From Novakomyces olei (lineage: Eukaryota), in contig JADEYG010000009.1 in NCBI GenBank assembly GCA_016906335.1, positions 186,001-250,000 of the forward strand: a stretch of DNA of 64,000 nucleotides, given 5' to 3'. The position numbers and the translations under genes were made by a program. The notes below the pieces were generated by a model. The model was not told the DNA's origin and searched no databases. It saw only the letters and a program-made list of their open reading frames with translations. Within the stretch, counting starts at the first letter, position 1. Each line of letters begins with the position of its first letter. Shown piece by piece: positions 22,683 through 36,113 of the stretch.

Positions 22683-23723
22683 ATGACACGTGACGGAGGT
22701 CAAGGCTCGCCCGTTCTTTTGGGCGATACTTACTCGCCTTTTACTCAACGGTTCGTTCTGCCCTAAACTTCCCCACATCCCAGATCGACAGGCTAATAAT
22801 GACAGGATCGAGCAGGCATTGGCTCTGAAACGAGTGCCTTTCCGGCAATGCGACATTTCCGGACTGCCTGCACGCCCATTGAGCGCAGCAAACATCGAGT
22901 ACCCCATACTGGCGCTCGATGGTCAAGTTATTTGTGATACTGCACTTATTCTCGACGTGCTAGACGAACGGTTTCCCGACGCCTTATTCTCGCCTCCGGA
23001 CGCTTATGGGTTTGCCAAGGGACTGAGTTATTGGGCTAATGTAAGCGTTGCTATGGTTTTATATTTTAATTTTATTTTTTCAATACAATTTACTGACTTT
23101 TCAATCGGTGAAAGAACATTTTACGAATCGCTTCACAGTTATTTGCACCCAAGACAGAACGGCGCACGGCTTTGGCAGCGCTGCATAGTCACTTTGTTAC
23201 TATAGAAGAAACTCTGCTAGGGCCTGGGCCATTTATTGCCGGCCAGGTCCCGTGTGCCTATGACGTTGAGGTATGAGTTGGCTAGTGATGTACTATGATT
23301 GCTGATATTGGCTTTTATACACAGCTTGGATCGGCCGTAAATTGGTGCTTTTGCACATGCTCTCTGGCGTATGAACCGGCTTTTAGTTTTGCCTCACTAC
23401 CACGACTACGTCGTTGGATTGAATGCTATCACAAAGCTATTCTGACGGCAATTTCTCACTACCAACAATGGGTGCAGTGGCCAATGGCAGAACCAGCTTT
23501 CAAAGTGGCCAGGCCGCCTCCAGCGTTGCTGCAGAATTTGGGCAGGACCGATATACAGCCTGGTGACAGAGTGATGCTGGCGCCTGTCGGATCAGGATCG
23601 ATGCAGCTTGGAATACTCCACTCAATTACTCCTCAGCGTATAGTCCTCGACCAAGACTATACGCGTTTCGTCCTACCGAGACCAAACTACTCTATAAGAA
23701 GGTTACACGAGAGCAGGTTATAG
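22683..23723 (+). CDS. Glutathione S-transferase-like protein with C-terminal PTS1-type SRL (exons 22683-22750, 22806-23040, 23115-23270, 23325-23723)
   Basis: Spliced translation gives GST-N (YSPFTQRIEQALALKRVPF...YPILALDGQVICDTALILDVLDERFP), GST-C (LHSHFVTIEETLLGPGPFIAGQVPCAYDVELG) and the tail PGDRVMLAP...LPRPNYSIRRLHESRL*. All three introns are GT..AG and frame-preserving. Confidence 0.78.
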
Positions 23724-23838
23724 CCATACATAAATGTAGCATTCTCTAAAACTTTAAGCGTTTGCAAGATCCGTTCTTTGCTCACTAGATACCTTTTCTG
23801 ACTGATGTTGAAATGCTAATTTAATCATTAACCTCAAA

Positions 23839-25155
23839 CTAATCACTGTCATAGTCACCGAGCGACTGCAGACCACCAACTTGCGCTGTCCTTGGCGCTG
23901 ATGGCTTTGCAGCCTGCTGTTGCCTGACTTGTTGCAGCTTTTGCACTGTTTCCGGGGATATAAAACTATTGCTATTACCATCGGTTTGTTGAGGCTCAGC
24001 GGCCTGGTCCGTGATTGCTGCTACCCTTGGCCCATCAGCAATTCTTCCTTGTCCATCTCCCTGCTCATCCTTCAAAGCATTAACTGTTCCCTTGCCACGA
24101 GCGTACCACACCTCCTCTGGGGGAACGTACCCATTAAGCCCAAAAGAGCCCTCTACACGACGCCGCTTGCGAGCTTCAATACCCCTTGCAGTATTACGGC
24201 CTTCGACCTCATCAACAAAACTCTGTGGGAGCAGTTTTCGAATAGCAGCGGCCGCCTGTTCTTCAATCCTTCGAGCATCGCGTTTAATGCTCAACGGGTT
24301 CGGATCCTGAGTCGCCCACCGAACATTTAGCACTTCATTAGTATCCAATGACTGCCTTGACATTGCCTCTTTGGCGAATTGGGCATTAGCTTCGTGCCGG
24401 TATGTGACAAAGGCAATCCCACGGGCATTTAATACGCGTATCCGTTCAATATCCCCCCATTCTTGAAAGTGGCGAGCTACAACCTCCTCCACGTCGTCTG
24501 TGCCCACTATATTCGCCACGTATAATGTACAATTTTGGCGCATAAAAGAGCCGGGTCCTCCCATATCATCACGGTAATCTGCATGCTTTTCCCTACCAAA
24601 ACAGTCCACGTTAGGGTTAGTTATATCCGTCACAGTAGGGATCCTGTGCAGATAGGCACACTCTGACCCATTAGGGCAGCAGCCACGGGCGAAATATATA
24701 CAAAAGAACGATCCGGGAGCCCGATCAGCCCGAGTGTACCCGGAATCTCGGGCCACTCGGCACCGAGTCTCCGCGTTCGTATCAGAGTTTTGATGGTCAA
24801 ACCGATCGCCGCCCGACCATTTTCCGTACCATATATTCCATACTTGCCCTGTCTGTGCGGGCGCGTCTTCTACATTGCCACGTTTTTCTACCTGCCTCCG
24901 TGCGGGGCGCCGTTTACTGCTCTTTTTCTTCCTGCTCCCGCCGGTTTCTTGGTCCCCTTTGCCCGTTTGCACTACCGTCTTTTCTGAAGCATTTTCCTCT
25001 GCATTTTCCTCTGCATTTTCCTCTGTTGAAAAGCGCGCGTTTGCCTGCACTTCGCCCTCACGATTTGATGATTTAGCCGTGTTTGACGCGCCGTTTTCTA
25101 CAGCCGCCGCTGCCAACTCGTTCTGCGCACTTTTTGCGACTGACGGCTCTGTCAT
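23839..25155 (-). CDS. CWC2: Pre-mRNA splicing factor Cwc2/Cwf2 (CCCH zinc finger + RRM)
   Basis: RPARRQV, WNIWYGKWSGGDR, FCIYFARGCCPNGSECAYLHRIP, DCFGREKHADYRDDMGGPGSF, AQFAKEAMSRQSL, LNVRWATQDPNP. Confidence 0.96.
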   Translation of the reverse strand: MTEPSVAKSAQNELAAAAVENGASNTAKSSNREGEVQANARFSTEENAEENAEENASEKTVVQTGKGDQETGGSRKKKSSKRRPARRQVEKRGNVEDAPAQTGQVWNIWYGKWSGGDRFDHQNSDTNAETRCRVARDSGYTRADRAPGSFFCIYFARGCCPNGSECAYLHRIPTVTDITNPNVDCFGREKHADYRDDMGGPGSFMRQNCTLYVANIVGTDDVEEVVARHFQEWGDIERIRVLNARGIAFVTYRHEANAQFAKEAMSRQSLDTNEVLNVRWATQDPNPLSIKRDARRIEEQAAAAIRKLLPQSFVDEVEGRNTARGIEARKRRRVEGSFGLNGYVPPEEVWYARGKGTVNALKDEQGDGQGRIADGPRVAAITDQAAEPQQTDGNSNSFISPETVQKLQQVRQQQAAKPSAPRTAQVGGLQSLGDYDSD

Positions 25156-25413
25156 TTTGACTGTATTGTAATTGTGCAGTTTAATTTATTATTCTGCCAT
25201 ACACAGCAGATAAAATAGCGGTGAATAGTAATTTTCAAAAACTATTATGTTTTTAATGAAATATATTTATCTAGCGAATCTGCAATAAATCTGCAATAAA
25301 TCTGCAATAATATACAATATCCAATAATGTCCAATAATATCCAAAAATATCCAATAATATACACAGTAGAGTTACATACAAATCGCTTGTCTTGTAGCAC
25401 TCGCAGCTCTGCT

Positions 25414-27909
25414 ATGACAAACTATGATTCCGGGGCAATTGACGCCAAGATTTCTCGGCTTCCAAGCAATGAGCACCCGCTCAGAACAATGAGCGAATCT
25501 GCTGAAGGCGACAGCGGCAGTAGCAGTGCTGGAAAGCTCGGAAGTACTCGCGCAAGAGCAGTCAGTGCCTTATCACAGCCATTGCAGAAGTTACGTCAGT
25601 TACCGGCAGTATCGCTCTTTGGCTCTCGTGAAGCAGGCGACGAGCCGGCAGGGCTTAGATCTGACAGAGACCAAAATGGCTCAGACGGATCAGACACGTC
25701 CAGTGACGATGACCTCGAATCTGACTCTGAATCTGAAGAAAACGAAAACGAAAGCGAAAACGAAAATGAAAACGAAAATGCATTTGATAAAGACGACTTG
25801 AACGAATCCGAACAAGACCAAACTGAGCAGGAAAAGGACAAATCTTCCACTGTACTTTCTACATATACCAGGCACCTCTTACAGTTGGGGGAGCTCCCCT
25901 TGAGAATCCCTCCGCTTATATACAAGGGATTGGAAAATATTGGCAGTGCCGCCAATGGATCAGTAAGGAAACGTTTGACCCCCACCGAGTCAGCACCTAC
26001 TCGGCCAGCCCATCGTACTGCCTCTTCTTCTGCGTCACTAGACTCATTGGTCCATGACTCGTTGGCGAGGAAGCAAGCACGGATGAATAATCGATTAAGA
26101 GCCGTATTAGAGGCCTTGCCAAGGCCCCCTAATCCTGTTGCACTTATCCCGCCAATTCCGGGAGCAAGTAGCGGAAGCGGCGGTAGTGAAGAAGGCGCGC
26201 AAAATCCTTTTCGTCAATGTGGGCAGCTGATAGACGAAGAACTTGAGCATATTGTTATTGTTGGTGGGTTTAGAGGCAGTTTTTTAAGAGATGCAAAGAC
26301 GGGGAGATTGCAATGGATCACACTCAAGGCGGGTGGCCGACTTCGGCGTGTTGATCTCTCCATCCCGCTGGACGCTGATGGAGAGGAAAAAGCCGAAAGT
26401 GCAATGGTACCTGACTCTATGATTATTAATATTGGACCCGTGGATATTGCGAGAAAGTTGGTGAAAAGGCTCGATCAGCATGCCAGGCAGTCCTCTGCAA
26501 AATTTGCTCTTCATGTCTTTGGCTATGACTGGCGGTTATCAGGGCACCGGTCAGCAGAAAAATTGAGGCAGTTTTTAGCCGCTTTGCCGAGGACTGAAAA
26601 CGGAAACGATATTGATGACAAAAATAGCAATAACGAAAACCCAAAGCGCGCTAAACGGAAGGGCGCACTATTAATTGCTCATTCAATGGGCGGTTTAGTT
26701 GTTCATCACGTGGTCAATACGGACCCGCAATTAGTAAAAGCAGTTTTGTATGCAGGAACGCCATTTCGCGGCTGCCCGAGTATACTGGGCCCTATTAGGC
26801 ACGGTGATGCTGTCTTGCTAAACCACAATATTCTCAGCGCGAGTGCCAATTTCTCAATGCGCAGCAGTTTCCTCTTTCTCCCCCTCGACGGCCGCTGCTT
26901 CGTTGACCAGCGAACGGGCAGACCAATAAGGCTAAACTATTTCGATTGGAAAACTTGGGCTTATTATGGTCTAGGACCAGGGTGTGAGCGTATACGCATG
27001 ACTGCACATGATCTAAAGGCTTTAATGGAAGAAACGGAGGAGATGAATGCTCCTTTGAAATCGGGCAAGGGGGCCCATAATGGGGAGAGAGATGAAGGGC
27101 AAAACGGGGATAATATTAGGGTTGATAATGCAAGCAAAGCTGATAAAAGTACGGAAAAAGGATCAAAGCAATGTGACGACAACAATTTAGAGCCATCAAA
27201 CATTGCGCGTAGGGAAACGCTAACCGCAGAAGAAAAAGCCGATGCTGATGATAATTCTACAGAGATATTTACACCGCCAAAAGCCGAATCGATTCACAGT
27301 CTAGGCGCTGGAAATGAAAAGCAGAGCCGATACTCTTTTGATTCTTCCGTTGACCCTTCAGATCTGCCTGACGATGTACCAAAAACTTCGCTGCCGAGTA
27401 TGCCTGATCTTCCAATTAGAGGTGGTGGACTTATAGGCCCTTCTATGCCGGTGGCAATGAGAAGACACAAAAAGGATCAAAAGCGACAGAGCCAAAACCC
27501 GGGCAAAAACAGGACTGAACAGTCTTCTTCAGCCGAGCAGATTCGAGAATACTTGCAAAGGACGCTGAGTGGAACTCGTCAGTTTTTGCATGAGCTTCAG
27601 TACAGGCCGGACGTTGAATACCCGCCAATGGCGATCCTCTACTCGGACAAAACGACCACTGTACGTGGCGCCCGAGTAGATGGAGAAAGCGGGATCCGTC
27701 GTGGAGACTATGATGATTATATAATGACTCGGGGCGACGGTGTTGTTATGGCAAAGGCCAGTATGCTGCCGGACGAGTATTTGCGCAATGGCTGCGTAGT
27801 TAAAACACAAAAGTCTGACCACGGCCACGTAGGCCTGCTGAGTGATATTGAAGGCGTACGCGAGTGCATCTCCGCTCTTCTTCAGGAAACAAAGAGACGG
27901 GGCAATTAG
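25414..27909 (+). CDS. Alpha/beta hydrolase, LCAT/PGAP1-like (similar in motif layout to the uncharacterised yeast YJR098C type)
   Basis: VIVGGFRGSFLRD, FGYDWRLS, nucleophile elbow IAHSMGGL, YAGTPF, GDGVV (Asp), HGHVGLL (His); long acidic N-terminus. Start chosen at 25414; the ATG at 25327 lies in short repeats. Confidence 0.8.
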   Translation: MTNYDSGAIDAKISRLPSNEHPLRTMSESAEGDSGSSSAGKLGSTRARAVSALSQPLQKLRQLPAVSLFGSREAGDEPAGLRSDRDQNGSDGSDTSSDDDLESDSESEENENESENENENENAFDKDDLNESEQDQTEQEKDKSSTVLSTYTRHLLQLGELPLRIPPLIYKGLENIGSAANGSVRKRLTPTESAPTRPAHRTASSSASLDSLVHDSLARKQARMNNRLRAVLEALPRPPNPVALIPPIPGASSGSGGSEEGAQNPFRQCGQLIDEELEHIVIVGGFRGSFLRDAKTGRLQWITLKAGGRLRRVDLSIPLDADGEEKAESAMVPDSMIINIGPVDIARKLVKRLDQHARQSSAKFALHVFGYDWRLSGHRSAEKLRQFLAALPRTENGNDIDDKNSNNENPKRAKRKGALLIAHSMGGLVVHHVVNTDPQLVKAVLYAGTPFRGCPSILGPIRHGDAVLLNHNILSASANFSMRSSFLFLPLDGRCFVDQRTGRPIRLNYFDWKTWAYYGLGPGCERIRMTAHDLKALMEETEEMNAPLKSGKGAHNGERDEGQNGDNIRVDNASKADKSTEKGSKQCDDNNLEPSNIARRETLTAEEKADADDNSTEIFTPPKAESIHSLGAGNEKQSRYSFDSSVDPSDLPDDVPKTSLPSMPDLPIRGGGLIGPSMPVAMRRHKKDQKRQSQNPGKNRTEQSSSAEQIREYLQRTLSGTRQFLHELQYRPDVEYPPMAILYSDKTTTVRGARVDGESGIRRGDYDDYIMTRGDGVVMAKASMLPDEYLRNGCVVKTQKSDHGHVGLLSDIEGVRECISALLQETKRRGN

Positions 27910-28238
27910 TTTGTGTAGATATTGGTGTATCTATATGCATTTAGACGTGTACAATTATTATTATTTTAATGCTTTTCCATTCAGGGATTGATTATAGTTT
28001 TTATTTTTATATTTTTGGTCAATTTTATTATCATTTAAAACATGTTGATATATATATATATATATATTTGAATATTAATCTCAAGACTAATAATACTGAT
28101 AGTCTGGGATAAATTGCCAATTCTGCCGATAAAGTAGTTAGTACGCGATTCAATGCATCCAGCGTTGTCATGCCCATTGATTAATTAGAAAATGGAACAG
28201 CAAACGCAACCCGAAACCATTCACAAAACATCATTCAG

Positions 28239-29327
28239 CTAAGAAGCAGGCGGCTGGAAATTTCCAAAGGGTACTGGTGGCGGTACGAAGCCTGATGGCA
28301 GAGTATTAGACATGCCTAAAGGCTGGCCCGGCACAAACCCAGCAGGCAGACTAGTAGCAGGCCGCACGTTGTTCTTTTTCGCGGCCGCTGCCAGCCGCCG
28401 TTCTGCTTCATCTCCGTGCCGTTCATTGTGGCCTTCACGCTTAAAGGCATAAGTAACAGAAATGGGTTTGTTCATAAGAAACTGGTTATTCATAGCATCA
28501 ATAGCACGATCAGAGGCTTCAAAGCTGTCAAACGAAACGAAACCAAAGCCACGTGACTCGTTGGCTTCACCGCGCATTACTTGTGGAGCTTTAACGAGCT
28601 GACCGAATTTTCCAAACGTTTCGAAAAGCGTGCGTTCGTCCACAAGTGGATCTAGATTGCCGACAAAAAGTTCAGCGCCAACTTCAGTCGCTTGTCGCTT
28701 GTCTGCAGAGGCTTTGTTGACCCTAATTGGTTTTCCGTACAACCGTACTTGGTTCATTATTTTTACCGCATATTCCGCGTCATCGCTCGTCATAAATTCG
28801 CAAAAGCCGTAGCTGCACACTTAGTGGCTGATTGGATAAATTTGAGGAAAATAAGGAACGCGAAATGAAATTAAAACAAACAAACAATGAAACAAACAAT
28901 AAATGATAAAAACAATAAATAATAAAAATAATAATTAATGATAATAAAAAATAAAAATATTAAATAAAAAAACCAAAAGAAAATTAGAGTCTGAGAAAAA
29001 GGATATATTAACGAAAAATCAGACTACAAAGGAGAGCCAGTTCCGGGAAAAACAGTCGTTCACAGTAAGAAGGGACGCAATAAAAGCGCAAACCCAAAAC
29101 ATTAAATGTGCAGCTATCCTACCCAGAGTGTGTAGTGGACACACGGTCCTTTGGAAGATGAACATTTGTTACAGGGCCGCACTGTAGAAACAGCTCCCAT
29201 ATAATCGCGTCCGTCACCTTTTCATCCAGATTCCCCACTGTTTAATAATTAGCGCCTTAGCAAATAACTTTTGCATAATAACGATACCATAAACGGTCGC
29301 TTCCTGATTACGATCGGCCTGGTTCAT
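28239..29327 (-). CDS. HSH49: U2 snRNP SF3b subunit Hsh49/SF3B4 (two RRMs); exons 29327-29288, 29237-29123, 28812-28239
   Basis: Spliced: [58 protein letters not shown]...[14 protein letters not shown]...[15 protein letters not shown]...[13 protein letters not shown]. Confidence 0.95.
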
Positions 29328-29693
29328 ACGTGAAAGCTCGCCGCTCAATCACAAAGTATATTCCGACCAAAAAGCTGACGATCGATTTGTTATACTGTTT
29401 AGATTCTGATATAATAAAATAAATATAATGAATATGTTGAAAAAAAAAGATAAAAATAAAAATAAAAATAAAATATATATATAATGTAAACTTTTATACT
29501 TGTGGCCGACGCTTGAAACAGTATTGATAGCCACGATATCATAATATAATCTATATAATATCTCGTTGCTTTTTCGCAGGCAGAATAATATAGTGCAGCG
29601 TTGCGCGCTCGTTCGGTACCTAAAATCAGGTATATAATAAATTAATTTAAAATGGCGTAAATACGTCAATTTCTACCGGGTCGCTCAAGCGCA

Positions 29694-31568
<1,875 letters not shown>

Positions 31569-31684
31569 ACATTGTACAGGGTTTTGGTTGTGGGCTGTTT
31601 GCTACATATTTCGCGCTTAATTTATACATAGGGTTACGTCTAGAGTTTTATAGAGTTAGTATATATTTATATTAGATCTTATAT

Positions 31685-33919
31685 CTACCACTCATTCCAG
31701 ATCCTTAGATCATGGTACTTTAGCCTGTTAAAGTACCGTCGTGCGTCCCGCTCAACGTCCTCAATACTGTCACCGGATTGCAGAGGTGCAGGATTACGGG
31801 TCCCGGATTTGTAGCCTTCAGTTAGATGTCGCCGTTTTGTCAAGTAAACTTGCAGATTGTTCTCCAGAAACTTCACGATCCATTGGCCCTTGGCCGACCG
31901 GATTGTTGTTGTTGTACTACTGTTGCCAATAGCTTCTTCTGTATACGCAAAATGGAACACTTGCTGTAATAAATGTACCAAATCCGCATCCTGTTTGGCG
32001 CCTGAGCAATCCTGCAATAGAGGGAAATCACAAAATACTTTACGTAAAGCCCTTCTATCTCCATTATGCTCTTGATCAGACAAAGTCGAATTTGATGGGT
32101 CAAAGGCACTCGACTGGCTAATAATAAAATGGTGAAAACCGGAGTTGCTCGCATTCACAAGGGTAGACTCGCCCGCAGGGACTGAGGCCGCAGTGTGCCG
32201 GCAGGATTGTGCTAGATATTTATAAAAATCAGGGTCTTGCAAGCCTTGGGTATCGGAAATCAGAAATGAAAAACTCAAATGACCAGCAATATAAATAATA
32301 AATTTTAGAAAAGAATCAGGATTAGAATTAGACTCTGGGTTAGACTCTGGGTTTTTATCAGCAGAACATTCTCCACCACTAGGAGAATAAGCGACAGAAA
32401 GTGCATCATCGATACTTTTTCCTATCAAGAACCCATGAAAAGGTTCATTCGGTTCTTTAAACTCGTCGCTTCCCCCGAGAGCAGGGAAAAAACTGCGAGT
32501 CCAATCAGCGGATCCTTTCCACGTGTACCAGGGAGAAGGAGAGGATGCGGACGAGGAGGAAGCAGAAGATGATAGCGCAGCAGATCCACCCTTTTTCCCG
32601 TCTTTTAGGCCTTCGGATTTGCTATGCTGAGACCTTAGAGCCCGATCAATATAGCATTTACAACAGTATAGTCTGCTGTCGAGTGGAAGGTTTATTGCCT
32701 TCATTAATAGAGATCGGGCTTGGGGCCCTTGTTGTGGTACGGTGCAAACTACGGCTCCTTGAATAGCCGGCCAGGTACGTTTAAGGTTCATATACCACGC
32801 GTCGATTCTTTCAGACGAGTTTTGTGTAGTTGATGCGCAAGAAATGCCTGAATTATAAGCGTTTGGTTTTTGAATTACAAGCACATGTAGCAAATAGACA
32901 AAAATAAAATAAAATAAAATAAAATAAAATAACCGCATAAATAGAAGAAACAGAGTTAGAGAAGTGGCGTATAAACCCGTAATTTTAGAAGCAGAGATTT
33001 AAAAGAATGACACATAGACAGATTTGATATAGAAGAAACAGCACCAATTTACAAGGAACACATACTATTCTTCACACTCGAGCGATTGTACAATGCTAAA
33101 GGCAGATTAAAAAGCTCGTCTTGAGTCTGCCACCATTGACCCACGATTTGTTTGAGACCATCAAGACCTACGGTTCCTAGTAAATGCGCAAGCGACCCAT
33201 GAACAAAGCAAAAAGCGCAATAAGATTCCCACATGTGCAAGCGTATAACATTATCCAAGAGCGCAGTTTCTGACGGGCAAAGCTAACGGTCAATAGAGAG
33301 CAAAAGAATGGGAGTTTCGGAAGAGTCAGAATAAACATATACTTTAGACTTCCACTAAAGTCCAAGATTTAAAGTGGATGTACAATAGAAAACTCGATTA
33401 ACCCAGCAACTTCACCGGCAAAAGATCAACGATAAAGCCATCTGGGACAAGGCTCTGTAAATGTAGTGATTGACGCAAACAAGGAGATTTAGAGACGAGA
33501 AAGCATGCGCACGAGACGGAGTAAAATGATCTGGTGAATTTGATAGACAGAAAGAAAATCAAATAAATTAAACAAATCAATGCTGCCAACTTACAAGAAC
33601 CATTGTGTAATCGCTCTCGAGGGGAACAAGCAGTGTGCGCGTGCGGACACTGTGCACACTGTCGAGAGCCGAAGAATTATCAAACGCTCTTTAAGCAGCT
33701 TTAGTAAATATTAACGCTGGCAATAAAACTTTACCTTGCAAACTCCATAATCCCCTGTGCGAGTCCGACAGTGCGAAGTTGATCATTGAGATCTGTCGCA
33801 ATCGTTCGAGGCTCAGTTTGAGACTCTGACTGCCGTCTCTCAAAGTACACAATTTGCTGGTGAATTGCCTCGTCTGTCGGACCTAAACTCGGCGCAAAAA
33901 TGCACAACGTCACCTCCAT
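31685..33919 (-). CDS. CCZ1: Vacuolar fusion protein Ccz1 (longin domains; partner of Mon1), multi-exon
   Basis: Exon 1 MEVTLCIFAPSLGPTDEAIHQQIVYF...NDQLRTVGLAQGIMEFAR is the typical fungal Ccz1 N-terminus. Exon 2 is 33688-33595; a further exon reads FCFVHGSLAHLLG...WW (~33270-33066); the large last exon is ~32848-31685. One small internal exon (~33455-33404) is uncertain. Confidence 0.72.
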
Positions 33920-34364
33920 TGCCGCGTCATGTGTATGGCAGATAATACCAATGGCGTAGATAGTACACTGCCTCGTACATAACCACAGCGTATTATTATG
34001 ATATTTTATGATATTTTATATTTTATGATATTTTATATTTTATGATATATTATGATGATATACTACTACAACCTATGGCAATCACATGCAAGGTTCCTCG
34101 TACAATAATTGGTCTCAAGTTATCCCGAAACTTTAACCCTACTTTATCTTTTGATACGCAGATAAAGACAAAGGAAGGGTAGCTTTTGGTGTACGATAGG
34201 CGTCGGACCTTATCTCTAACGTTATCGGCATAAAAGTAACATTTTTTGGCCCTGCTACTGTCCTAGTTAAACATTATTGTTATATTAACATGTATACAGC
34301 TAACGTATAAACTAATGTATAAACTTGCAGGCAATAGAGCACGTCCGGGCGGCATGCGTCAAAG

Positions 34365-35855
34365 ATGAGGTACGATGTTTCGTCGTACGAGGCCCTTGCC
34401 TCTGCGCCACTGCGGCCGGGGGATACTGTACACCTTTGGGGCCGCGATATTGTATGGACAAAGGACCACAAATCCCCAAGTTACTTTAGGCAGCTGGAAA
34501 CCCGGGGAGATTTACTGGCAGACACGGTTTTGCCACATCTTTTAGCCCTAAAGGGCGGAGACGGCGACCTGTACGAGCGGCTAAAGCGCAGTGAGACTGC
34601 GGAAGCGTATGCGCTAATCGAGCAGCTTCAGACTGTGCCACATTGGGTGGACTGGGCGCAAATCCGACGGGGTCAGGACGTGTTTTTCGCTTACGGTCCG
34701 TCTTCAGTAGCCGCTCTTTTTGCCAATTCTCTAGTAGGCGGACTCGCACACGGACGGGCGACAGCCGTGCTGGATCGAACGGGTGGGTTCGCCGTTAAAA
34801 CCGCTCGTCGACGGCTTCTGGAGACAATGCAATTTGTATTGGACGTTATGACGAGCGACCAGCTCGGGCCTAATACGACAGGGTGGACGAGTATCGTACG
34901 CGTCCGGCTACTGCACGCTGTAGTAAGAGCGCGTGTTGGGGACGCGGCAGCGGCAGAATTATCCCCTTCAAAAGATCCTTCAAAAGACGCACGAGGCTCT
35001 GTCAGTGGGGCAGAAGGCAAGCAATCTTCCTGTCAGACTGATAGCCTGATCGGCAGATCAGATAAGCTTTCCAGCCAGCCAAACACGCGCTCTGGTCAAC
35101 CGCCTGTCGCTATAAATCAGTCGGATATGCAGGCGACGATTGACGTCTTTTGTGGAACGCTGCTCTTCCACGCGTACCCCCGAACTGGGGTTAAACCGAC
35201 CGCTCAAGAGACGGAAGACTTTGTGGCACTTTGGCGTCTTGTCGCCTACCTCATCGGCTGTGAGGGCACTGAAACAGCGTGGAGCAGTGCTGCTCTTGCT
35301 CGCGCATCGATGGAGAGCCATTTTGTTAATGATATGTGGCCCCTGCAAGACGGACAGGGTGGTAGTATTGTCAGAAAGCTTACGGATAATACGCTAGTGG
35401 CCATGTCGAATCAGCCTCCTGTTCGTGCTTCGTTTTCTTTTGTTGCCGCTCAAGTCGAGTTTCTTAACGGCAGTAAATTGTCGCACGAAGCACTCGGCAT
35501 TAAGCCTGCTACCTTGTACTTTCGCATTATCGTCCATACTCAATGGATCATGGCCGGACTGTATATCCGGGCTACTCGCGCTGTGCCCTGGCTAAGGCAG
35601 CGCCGCATAACACTGCTGAGACAAGTTTTTCCCAGGGTTTTTGTCACGGGGCCCATGGGACTAGGGCATGTAACCCGGTTCCCTTACCAGTACCGTGTAA
35701 AGGCGGGTAGTACCACGCCAGAGTGTCCCTCTGACTTTGATAGAAGTGTAATCGGGTTCGGTATAGAACGATCGGCGCTTAGGGTTTTATGGTTTTTGGC
35801 GAGTTTGTTTGCCGGCATGATTGCCGTGTTGGTTTATTTGGTGACGCAAAGGTAG
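34365..35855 (+). CDS. ER-bound oxygenase, MpaB/rubber-oxygenase (Lcp-like, DUF2236-type) catalytic domain with C-terminal TM anchor
   Basis: PHWVDWAQIRRGQDVF, AVLDRTGGF, RRLLETMQFV, GWTSIVRVRLLHAVVR (probable heme-ligand His), AINQSDMQAT, DFVALWRLVAYLIG, hydrophobic C-terminus. Confidence 0.85.
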   Translation: MRYDVSSYEALASAPLRPGDTVHLWGRDIVWTKDHKSPSYFRQLETRGDLLADTVLPHLLALKGGDGDLYERLKRSETAEAYALIEQLQTVPHWVDWAQIRRGQDVFFAYGPSSVAALFANSLVGGLAHGRATAVLDRTGGFAVKTARRRLLETMQFVLDVMTSDQLGPNTTGWTSIVRVRLLHAVVRARVGDAAAAELSPSKDPSKDARGSVSGAEGKQSSCQTDSLIGRSDKLSSQPNTRSGQPPVAINQSDMQATIDVFCGTLLFHAYPRTGVKPTAQETEDFVALWRLVAYLIGCEGTETAWSSAALARASMESHFVNDMWPLQDGQGGSIVRKLTDNTLVAMSNQPPVRASFSFVAAQVEFLNGSKLSHEALGIKPATLYFRIIVHTQWIMAGLYIRATRAVPWLRQRRITLLRQVFPRVFVTGPMGLGHVTRFPYQYRVKAGSTTPECPSDFDRSVIGFGIERSALRVLWFLASLFAGMIAVLVYLVTQR

Positions 35856-36113
35856 AAGACGAAATGCAAAATAGTGTGGCAATGATTAATGCACAACAGG
35901 ATATCATTAAATAAATAATTTAAAACAGTAATATGTACACGAATGGTAGGAGAGGAGATACAATAGAGCACGGACTAATTTTCGCTAGTCCAAGATTCCT
36001 ACTTTGACCATTAAATGTCTACACTCGTATCTGATCCAGTTTGCTTTTTGTGTAATATTATAAAGGCTGCAATTATACAGTTTCCGTTCATTAATTAATC
36101 AGTAACAAAAGGC

